Part shown: piece by piece, positions 27,427-37,537 of the stretch
Layout of the letters: every line of letters starts with the position of its first letter
Numbering within the stretch: position 1 is the first letter of the stretch
NCBI GenBank assembly: GCA_973895155.1
Contig: OZ316898.1
Location: forward strand, 15,096,330 to 15,160,329
DNA length: 64,000 nucleotides
Origin: Marsupella aquatica
Lineage: Eukaryota; Plantae; Marchantiophyta
Reading direction: 5' to 3'
Position numbers and translations under genes: made by a program
The notes under the pieces: generated by a model
What the model saw: the letters and a program-made list of their open reading frames with translations, nothing else
Databases searched by the model: none
Told to the model about the DNA's origin: nothing

Positions 27427-28301
27427 TGTGGGAGAATGATATTAATTTGATAAACAAAGGAACTGAGAAAATAAGAGAACATAATTACTCAACTTAAGTT
27501 AAGTAAACTCATTCCGAACCTCAGAAGATTATCGTTTGTAAACGATAAAATGGGTACTAGTCGTTAGATGCAGACACATAAATGTAGTTTGTCGTTTTGC
27601 CAATGACACTACTTACCGGTAACGTGTAAAAAACGCGATCAGATAATTATTAGCGCCCGGCGCTACCATAAAGAAGTACTCGGGTTTCAACTTAGAAACC
27701 AGACTGAACGTGCTAGCGCCAGGCGCTATCATTAGCGGACTGTCAAGTCAGAGCGAAATATTTTATTGATTTTGATGGAATTGTTGAAAAATCAATAAAC
27801 ATTTCATTTTGTTTTGGAATCGTTACTTCTTGGGAAAATACAAGGGATATACATAATCTCCTCCGTGTCATCGTCATGTATGAGAGTATTTTTAATGGTT
27901 TTTGATACTAGCGTCGAGCGCTAGTATCGATGGAGATGACTTTGGTTTGCCCAACGGTTACCTCTAATGGTAACATATATGAACGAATTCCTTACTTTGT
28001 ATTGTTTTCCATTGGATTGTTTAACGATACACTCCCATTCATCGCTGCATCCACAAATGACTTGAAAATAGATGTTAATTATACTCATTTCAAACAGTCC
28101 CTGCCACCTGTCTTTGTTTGGATTGGTCAGCGAGATTCTTTCAATCCGACTCGTTCTTTGTCACATGATGTCAACTGCACTATGATGGAAAAGTTTTAAA
28201 GGTTTTATGTAGTTCTTTGTGTACGGTAATTTGTTCGGAGCGTGAGGGTAGAGACTGGCTCTGTGTCGTATAGAGACCTTCACGTATTGACATGCTCCAC
28301 A

Positions 28302-31300
28302 ATGCAACCTTCAAGCGCCCCAAGCTCTCCAAGAGGGTATACCACAGTTCTAGAGGGAGATCATGGTCATTGCAAGTCTACACAATCTTTGTTCTCTGGG
28401 GCATTTTACTCGCATCGAGTTACAAGGTCGAGCGGAGCAATCACTTCCTTCAATGCAACACTACCACTCCAGAAGTCCAGAAGGGTCCGAATGGACATGG
28501 ATAGCATGACCGATTACGCGCTGGGAGAGGGCAACGTGGTTGGATTAGGGATGCATGAAGTCATCTCGTGACACATAATGTCATTTGGAAAAGATTTCCG
28601 GGGAAACGAGAAGGAACCGCCCAGGATTCCGCTTTGTTGGTTGATCCACATGGAGGTAGTGTGGACGCTTCAGAAGGAGAGTACGTCAATTGAGAAATTG
28701 AAAGACTCGTTTCGAAGTAGTGGCTACAATCCAAGGATTGGAATGCGGTCTTTTGTGCAACCGGCCGATTCCGATCAGTGTGGAGCAAATATGCACTGAG
28801 GAGATCAGAGAGTCTTGGGATGCTATTTGGGTTGCTGAGAACAAGAAATTTGAGTTAGAATGCGCAGCAGATCCAGCTTTTACGATCTTGAAAGACAAAA
28901 TGTTCTCAGTCTTTGACAGGAATCACCGACTGTACTCGTGGACTATGGTCACAAAGGAAAATCCAGACAATGTCAAGTATCATCCCAGAGTTCTCTGCAC
29001 CATTTTCAAGGGTGATAAAGCTTTGCAAATTCAGATTGAGGTGGCTATGCACACAGTCAACCAGTAAGTAATTCGGCCCAAACTTGTAATTAAACATTTC
29101 CGCAATCCGTTGTTGTTAAATAAATACTAAAGAGAGTGTTTGTTTTTATGCTAGCGCCTGGCGCTACTAATTTCAAACATGGCCTATTGCAGGTTAGGGC
29201 AGGCTGTTGTTGAACCGTCATGGATCTAGAGTACTATAAGTCAATAATTGACAGCGCCAATTATGCAAAGTTTGAGTATATAAAACATAAGACTTGAAAC
29301 ATTCTTGGTACACACGGAAAATGCCTCTAGAAGCTCTTGTTTATATTTTGTGCAAAAACAAAATCAAAGCTTACACTAACCAGTTCAAGATGGACATGGC
29401 ATTGGCAGCAAGTCAAGGCAATCCTTGGTCAGTTGATGAGGTCGCAAAGCGGCAGTCACTCATGTTGAAAGAGGCCACCAAAGATTGGTCTACAAAAACA
29501 TCCAAAATCACTCCTCTTCTTAGTCCTGAGTTTGAAGATTTTCTAGGTACTTGTGCAGAGATGTACGTATTGACGGAGAAGAACAAGCGAGAGAAAAAAA
29601 CCCAATTCGGTTGTTTGTACTATGGACCGTGCTAGACTATTCACAGCAGTTTCTGTTCTCGATCCAAAATTGAGATGCACTTTGCTTGTTGCTCACTGTA
29701 CTCTAGAGTTGAGAAAACAATTCTTCTACCCTGCCAATGTGAATGATGATCCAGTGAAGCAATGGTGTCACACATGGCAGACCTGGAATACCGTCGAGGG
29801 AATCGCAATTGGGATGTTGCAGTCTACAATTTCCGCAGCCATTGAAACACTCCCAGTTGATAGGCTTATGCTGCCCATTCAGGGTGTGACTCAGTAGAGG
29901 GAGGGTCTGATTGAAATTATTTCAAGTGAGTTCAGAAGGTATGGGGATCTTGTGAAGGCAAAGTTCTTCAACACCATGTGGCCATCAAAATACCCTGATA
30001 AAGAGGTATATACAGAGAAAAATCAGAAGAGGGCCAAGAGGTATTTGTATCGTTTTTACATATGGATGGAAGTACATTCCCCGGATGCGCTTTGGGTGTA
30101 TCCAGCCGCATTTCACAAGTGGATTGTTGCAAAGGAGGGAGATCATGTTGCTGACTTGTATTCGATGTATCCTACCGAGGGTAAACTTCCACCACGGGAA
30201 ATGTCTGAGTGGGAAAGAATTCACTGCCCGTGGTATCTTGACACAGACAAGTGAGATTCACCATTTGACAAAGTGGAGAAGGATTGGTTTCTTAAACTAG
30301 CCAAGTTGTAGATTCTACCCAACATAGTTTCTGAGATGAAGCAAGGGCTCCTGAGCGACGTCGACAAATCATCTACTGAGTTACAAAAAATCTGTGAGAC
30401 AGTAGTTGTCCATGTAGACAGGAGCCGCAAGCCGAGAGGGAAAGTGAAAGTAGACACAACACTACCAAGTGCATCAATGCGATCCGGGAAGAAACGTACG
30501 TTTTCATTCAAACCCAGTTTAGTTCTTTGCTAGCGCCTGGCGCTACTATTCCTGTACTTCAACCTTAATCCGTTTTTTTCTTTCTGACACTAATCCCACA
30601 TTCTCTGCATTGTGTGAATAGGTTAAAAGCAGTCGGATGCAGACGCCACTGATGATACAAAGGTTACCCTGGAAGCTTCAGAAGCAAACACTGGCGCTTT
30701 GCCAGATCCACTTACACCAGTTAATTCTGGAAAATCAGTTGTACCAGTCAATGCAACAAGTACAAAGAAGAAAAGCAAGAGGATTCGCGATGCTGGGCAA
30801 TCAGAAAGGGATTCTCTGGCGGCCACCGGGCTCCAACGTGATGTTGGGAATTTTAAATCCAAGGCATCTCGTCATTGTTTCGTTGAGACCAGTGTCAGTG
30901 AATTAGTGAACAGTGAGTTTAACAAGGGAGAAGCCAGAATGGGTTAATGATGCCAAAAAGTGGGGGAAGGACTTAACCAAATCGGGATGCCGACTGAAAG
31001 GGGTGGTGAGGGGTGGGAAAGAAAGGCCTTTTGGTGTTGACGCTGGTTTTATTTATTTGCCACCTGGGCTAAAACCAACTTTGCTTGATAGGAAGGTCCC
31101 TAAATGGAACGTTCTCGACTGTACGCTAGCCCGATGTTTTTTCCGGGCAATGGATCCCTTTTTGTCGGATGACAGAATTATTGCGATACTCCATATGGGA
31201 GAGTATGATCAGATTTCACAGGTCATCTCAACATGTCAAGAGTCTATAAGAAATTCCAATATTTGTGTACACATAATGTTGTCATGGGGTTCCCCATGTA

Positions 31301-32522
31301 CAAGGCCAAGTTTGATTTGCAGGTAAATCTATTCATCACAATTTCAAAGTTTTGCTAGCGCCAGGCGCTGCTCATTTTATCTAGTGCTCGATTAGAAATT
31401 TTAATCTTTTCCTAGGTACACTACTAATCATACTCTTAATTCTTTGCTAGCGCTCGACGCTATTACAATTCTTAGGTCCTTACTTGTTCATGTTCCCTTT
31501 TCAGGTATTCACTTTACGTTTGGATATATTTTGTCGGGTATCATCCAAGGTGAAAGTCCCAAAGGATCCTAAGTTCAAACCTCTTTCAAGAACAGAGGAT
31601 CCCTCTATCACAAATCTGATCGGACTTCCGTTTGCGAAGGTGGATACAACTCCAGAGCTTGAATTTGCCGGGAATGCCAGACTACATCCAGGGTTTATGC
31701 AGTCTGTTCTGGAACTAATCATGCGTCCCAAAGATATTGTTCTGGATTGGGCTGTAGGTTCTGGGAGTACATTTGTGGCAGGTGATAATTGTGGTCGATT
31801 TGTAATTGGGCTCAAGAATAGGAAGAAGTTCGTTGAAACCGCCTCAAAAATATTTCTTGACCTTCTAACTCCCAAAGTATCTGAGTCCAAAGCCCCTCCG
31901 AAGCCTATGCTTGCAAAACGAAAGAGAGACAAACTTAAATCAGTATTAAATTTTGACTCCGAAGATGAGAATGAAACAGAAGAGGGGGAAGAAGAAGAGG
32001 AGGATCCCAACATTCCCAGAGTGTCTTTAACCAGAGAAGATCCGGAATCTAATGGAGGGAGTGACAACGGAGACTATTCTGAGTAAGAAACTATCGAGTA
32101 AGCTCATAAGCTAACCCGGTTTTTATTACGGTCGATTCCCTTCTTCTCTCTTTGATGTCACCATTTTTATTTCCTTTTTTGCAAATATTGTGGTCGTTGA
32201 CATAAAATCCAATATTCTCCTCCTCAAGTCAGACTGGAATCTTCGTCGGCGTTTCCAACTCAGACGGAAAGTAGCTAGGTGATATATTGAAACTTCTGAG
32301 AAACCATTTGTCTTACCTTCCTATGCTGAAAATGTTGCTAGAAGAGTTGACAGTGTGCGGACCTTGCACTGGGAGAATAAAGGCTTGAGATTAAGGAGGG
32401 GGTCTGATAGAAAATTTATGCGGAACCGATTTGTGGATGATATGGCCAAGAGCAAATTTTTAGACATCGAGGCAGAATCTACCGACAGGTCCGAATCAAA
32501 TGAATCGGAGTGCTCAGATTAA
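28302..32522 (+). pseudogene. Multi-exon gene: ParB/Sulfiredoxin-like N-terminal domain, helical middle, beta-class N4/N6 DNA-methyltransferase-like domain, acidic tail
   Basis: RIPLC(W)L..VFD(R)NHRL matches ParB DGxHR. VDAGFIYLPPG sits at the motif IV position and PKDIVLDWAVGSGSTFVAG...GRFVIGL matches motif I onward. Introns at about 29064-29192, 30496-30621 and 31323-31504. Stops and frameshifts are present. The 3' end is 32086 or, with a further exon, 32522. Confidence 0.72.
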
Positions 32523-32869
32523 CTTGGATCTCTATTGTGTATTTTGGGTTTATTTTATAGTGGAACTATGCTAGCGCCGGGCGCTACCCAAATGTATGCA
32601 AGGAATGTTGTACAAACAAATATATTATATGTCAGTTGCAACCATGGTGTGTCCGCTCGAAGTACACTTTTTGTTATAGTAGCGCTCGACGCTACTATAA
32701 TTGTATGACGGTCATGACGCTGATACATTGGTACTCCCGTACTTTCTGGATGACGTCAGTCAATCTTTACCGTTAATATTTTGTCTGGTCAGTCGCGATG
32801 GTCATGTGAGGTGAAAATGCCCGTTTGATGTTGAGACGGCCATTTCCATTTTAGACCGTAACGGGAGTT

Positions 32870-35049
32870 TGAGGATGCAACCGCCGTTTCTGGATGGAGC
32901 GGGCGGTTCAAGTCGCCACGAGGTTACTGGAGGGATGAACCTGCCACAGGTCCTTACTCCTGGAACATGTTGGTCCGACCCGTAGCCGGAGTCATCATTG
33001 TCGTAGCCTTCTACCGCCTCCTCCGCGGCTTGGACTACCGGCTCCCTCCGCTGCTCTCCTGGTTTTGCCGTGAACACGGCCTCACAGATCACGGGTTGTG
33101 GTTCCTCCTCCGGCTTCCAGGTTGATCTCTTCTTCTCCCTGTCGTGACCAGGAGCTTTGGGCTGCTTTTCCTCGGCTTCGGGACTTGAGGCTCCTACATA
33201 CATTCGGACTCCCGGCTCGTGTTCTGGCCTCCCTCTCTCCTTGGCCCCGGTAAAGGGGTTTTCCCTGGTAAGTCGGCTTAGGCCGACTTCGGGAGCAGTA
33301 TTTTGTACCGGTCCCGTTACCGTTGCCATTCTCCTTTCCTTCTCCAGCAATTTCAACAGATTCTGCATGCCTGGTTGCTGCATCAGCAAGTCTTCCTTCC
33401 TCGGCCTAAAGACCTACTCGATTCTAGGACTGTCGGGCTGGGTTGGTTTCTCTGTTGCCGGCCTCTGTTCCGGAACCTCCTCTGGTGCTCTTGCCTGCAG
33501 GGGAAGTATCGGGGCAAATATCTGACTTCGGGCATACCGGCACAACAACGGCATATGATAGCCAAGACGGGACACGCTTCCCTTGCCGATCACCAACTGT
33601 TCCTCCTTCAAGATTTTCTTCAATTGGGTGAGGAGGTATCCGTTGTAGTCCCGGCTGGGGTCTGGCCTCTCCGCTAGGTAAACCTGTGCCTTGCCGATCT
33701 CTGGCCTTGGCAAGTTGCAATGCATGGTTACCCGCAAGAAATTGATCATCTCCCCAATGTGTGGGTTGGTGCAGGTGTTTCGGAAGAAGCCATTCTTCGT
33801 TGATGGCCCTGGGAATGACCGGAACTCCTTGTCAGGCAAGGGGTTCCTGGTATCAACTTTGGTCTTATTGCCCATCGGCAAGCCAAACGCTTCGGCAATT
33901 ACTCGGGGAGTGAGATAGAAATCCTTCCCATACACCCTTGTGGAATTGGACTCGGGCTCTTAAGATCCCACAAATTCTAATAAGTTTGAATCTGGCACCT
34001 CCGGCTTCAGCCATGGTAACTTCACAAAGGCTTCCATGTAGGATCTGGCCATGAAGCCTTGGTACTTCCGAGTCTGCATAGCCGTAATAAAAGCATGCAT
34101 CCTCTTCACGTGCAAAGTGTAATTGCACTTCCTCGGGGAGGGTCGCCGCCCAGCCTTTCCAGGTGTCATCTCTTATTGGAACGGCATTGATGGGGTTGAC
34201 CTCCTCTTCTTCGGCTTCTTCCTGCCTCCTGCTCCCTTGCTCGGCTAGCTTCCTTGGTGCCGCCGACCTTGTTCTCTTTGCAGGGGTGGTCTCTTCATTG
34301 ATGTTCCCTTTCCTCTTCATAGCGGCTGCCGTGGATGTTTCTCCTAGCGTGGTTGCCTTTGTCCACCCCTCCGTGCTACCCTTCAACTCCCAGTGTATGT
34401 CGTTGCAGCGGTTGATGGCTTCCCGGATGCCGACTATTGTGTCTTCACAAAATAGAAGATCATCGAGTTTGTCGGCAGTAGGTGTCCACAGGAATTCAGC
34501 CGTGATGAATTCTCCTCCTAAGAAGGCAGACTTCTGCAGCTCCCACAGTCGAGCGAGCTCCTGCCGTTCTCGAGCGGCTCTCTCCGATTCTTCGTCCTCG
34601 TAGGTCCCAATGTACTCAGTTGCCTGTTCTAACAGGCATCCCCCAAAATGAGCAGTTTGATTGACGTTTCTCATACCCTTCTTGAGTTGATTGTCGGTAT
34701 TTGCTTCCACCCTGAGTGCTTGCCTGAGCAGCGGACAGTAGTTGGCCTCCCATAGTCGTCTGCTTAGTTTGTGCTTGCAAATGAGCCGCCATTCCCTGCG
34801 ATCGATCCTTACTCCTCCCTGACTGGTCTTCCTTCCCGTTAGTTACCTATAGCCGCCGGCACTTAGCGCGCCCTAACCCTAATTGTGTTCCCTCCCCTGA
34901 CTTTTTACTTCCAGCCTCGGCTCGGGTTCCATAGCCACCCTTAATTGTTTATATTTTCCATCTTTTTGCTACTACACTAATGTGTTTCCAGGGTTTACTC
35001 CTTATTTTATCATTTAAACTGGCCTAGTGATTCTTGGCTAGGCATCACA
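32870..35049 (-). mobile_element. Truncated third ORF-bearing LTR-like element (frameshifted ORF from 34710 down to ~32870)
   Basis: Minus strand begins TGTGATGCC at 35049. The protein LPW..LLEFVGS..TRVYG..LT..IAEAFGLP.G..KNGF..CTN..LG.H is collinear with the 12063-14351 protein. Confidence 0.7.
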
Positions 35050-35800
35050 CGTCATCTTCGGCTGGCATAGTGATTGTTGATCAAGTGCTGTGTATTGGTG
35101 TTGTAAATTGTGTATGACAATAAATGGATGTTGGATTTGGGTTTTTCTTATCACATATGTCCAATGCAACCTTATTTCTCTACTTACTAGCCGTATACTA
35201 GTAGCGTGGAAATTGGCAACGGGGTCCAATGTGAGATTGTTGGCATGGAGACTATCAAATTTTGGATGTTTGATGGTGTTGTGCGAGCACTAACAGAAGT
35301 CAAACACATACCAGATATCTCTAAGAATTTAATTTCTCTTGGTGCTTTAGAAGCTAATGGATCTCATTTCACTGCACATGATGGTGTGCTCTTTGTTGTC
35401 AAAGGTGATGTATCTTTGATTAAGGCGCTATGACAAAATAATTTGTACATCTCTTGCAAGGGGACGTCATTGCTCCTACGATGGAGCATGTGGATTTTAT
35501 GGTGGAACATTTGGATGCAATGGCATTGTCGGCTACTTCAATTGAAGCACCATCAACCTATGATCGCACACATGCCATAGATTTATGGCATGCACGTTAC
35601 TTGAGTGGTGAAGGATGGCCATCTTGGCAAACAAAAATTTAGTGCAAGGAGCCCAATCTGGTAAGCTCTCTTTCTATAAAGATTATATCTTTGGCAAGCA
35701 GAACAGAGTAAATTTCAATTATAGTTCCTACCATTCTTATGAGATTCTTGAGTATATACGTTCGAATGTTTGGATACCAGCCCCGATCCCAGCCTTGCTG
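35050..35800 (+). pseudogene. Degenerate copia pol fragment (protease to start of integrase)
   Basis: WMLDLG..HICP, MFDGVVRALTEVKHIP..KNLISLGAL, LWHAR, LEYIRSNVW. Confidence 0.85.
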
Positions 35801-36127
35801 GTGCACTAAAAACTTGCTTAAGAAAAAGGCCCTGAACTCCCCACTGCACTGGTATTTATCCGGGCAGCGTATCTACCTAAGTATTTCCTTGCTGCGTAAG
35901 CCTAATCTACCCCTAACTGTAATCTACCTATGTACAGCGGAGCAAGAGCACAAGTGTTGCTCTTACCAGTGGATCCGCAATTCCACTAATCTAAGTGTCA
36001 GGGCCGCCTCTTGGTCCTGATCATAATCCTAATTTTGGAGGTCCGCGCCCGCTCTACCCACTCACGCCTCCTTCCTCCACGTCTGCCTTCCCTAAAAGGG
36101 ATGGCCCTCCCCCACCGTCATGATAGT

Positions 36128-36346
36128 GGTGGTTCACCTCATGACTGAGGCTACGTCCACGGGAAAACAAAAGACCTTTACTTTTCTATTGCTCCACTCC
36201 AATAATGAACTGAACTTCCACGAGGGGCTGGCATCAGCCTTGGTTATATACAACATGCATTGCTGCTAACCTAAGCTAAGTCCTAACCTGAGTTAGCCTA
36301 ACTGTGGTTAGCCCTAGAGTCACAAGACTAAGAACAATACTCAACA
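36128..36346 (-). repeat. Partial LTR related to the 6968/22605 copia LTR, opposite orientation
   Basis: Reverse complement TGTTGAGTATTGTTCTTAGTCTTGTGACTC..GTTAGGACTTAGC..TTCCCGTGGACGTAGC matches the copia LTR. Confidence 0.85.
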
Positions 36347-36408
36347 ATTTTTTCATCCATTCCCAAAAAATTACTCAAGTTTTTATAGATGCTAATTTCA
36401 TAGTTACT

Positions 36409-37029
36409 TGCATTGTGAGAATAAAGCCCCTCAAAACTTAGGTTTTGGGGGCATTATATCTCACAATGTTCTCTTCCTAGGACATTATCCTATACATAGA
36501 GTAGTTTCATTAGGACATTATCCTATTCATAGAGTAGTTTCATTCACTTCCCTAGTTTAATAGGGCAGTATGAGATATGAGAGGACTCCTATGGGTTTGA
36601 CTTGACTACACATATGGGGATTTCCACAAATTATGAAGCTATGAAGCTGCTATATGGTGAATACACCTTTCAAATTTTGTCTTATTAAAATTTTGTGTCA
36701 AGTGTTTTGATTTTAATGTGCCTTGACAAGGAGAATCATTTGTATTCACTTGATTTTGAGTGACTCACTCTTAATTAACAGATATTAATTTCTTGACATA
36801 TACTTTACATGTACCTACTTCTTTTATCATAAATAAATAAAATGAATTACATCTCACTACAAGACAAAAAAAAGAGGCATGTTCCAGTATCAACATGCTA
36901 TAATGGGGATTTGCATACACAATTTTCCCATTATTAGGTAGTGCAAACCATGCATATAAGTGTACAATATAAGTGTACAAATGATATCCCCTGCAATTAT
37001 GACATATAGAAGGGACTCTCAAGTTTACA
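36409..37029 (-). repeat. Right arm of long inverted repeat (partner of 6120-6465), with ~280 bp extra internal sequence
   Basis: Reverse-complement matches to 6290-6465 (at 36409-36620) and to 6120-6280 (at 36900-37029). Confidence 0.8.
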
Positions 37030-37537
37030 TATTAATTACTCCATCTTAGGACTGTTTGGAACTCTTCTATTGACTTCCAGAATTAATGTTTTGCATACCA
37101 GAGATATGCACACCTTCCATGATTGTAAACCTCACAAGACCTTTGTGTATAATGTTGAATCTTCTTCTCATATCTGCTGGTCTGAATTACTCCCTGAAGT
37201 ACCATTTGCATACCAGATATCTATGTGCACTCCACCTTAGTTAAACAATTGTAGTAGCAAACTACAAAATGGGGATGGTTCCCTCCATCAGTAGTATATG
37301 GTGGGAAATTGCCTGGCCTCTAGGAGCACTACTAACTAGGTTCAACTTAGGATGAAGATAAATCTCTGGATCGTTTTTTACTTCTTTTTCGACATTGAGC
37401 TTTTCATTCTCAACTGGATGTTGAAGACGAATCTTCACTTCATGTCCATGGGATGGAACTTGATTGTAAGTGAACTAAATATCAAGATGGAAAAGTAAAT
37501 CTAACATTTCACAGGGTATCTATACTGCAACCACACT

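Larger units (their letters stand above)
23299..32694. repeat. 14 dispersed 15-bp palindromes TAGCGC-NNN-GCGCTA
   Basis: Starts at 23299, 23547, 25211, 25281, 25358, 27651, 27714, 27909, 29152, 30531, 31356, 31448, 32572 and 32680. All are non-coding. Confidence 0.92.
23290..32870. mobile_element. Mutator-like (MULE) element with divergent transposase and ParB-like/methyltransferase-like genes; ends approximate, no TIR pair found
   Basis: Extent defined by the two genes and the span of the TAGCGC-N3-GCGCTA palindromes (23299-32694). Its right side abuts a truncated LTR-type ORF. Confidence 0.75.

Noticed and set aside
28302-32522. Bacterial contamination or prophage origin of the ParB-MTase region
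   Set aside because: The gene has spliceosomal introns, shares motifs with the adjacent MULE transposase gene and shows plant-type methylation decay.
35800-36127. Possible additional Gypsy-like LTR fragment
   Set aside because: Composition is suggestive, but no termini, TSD or partner could be established.
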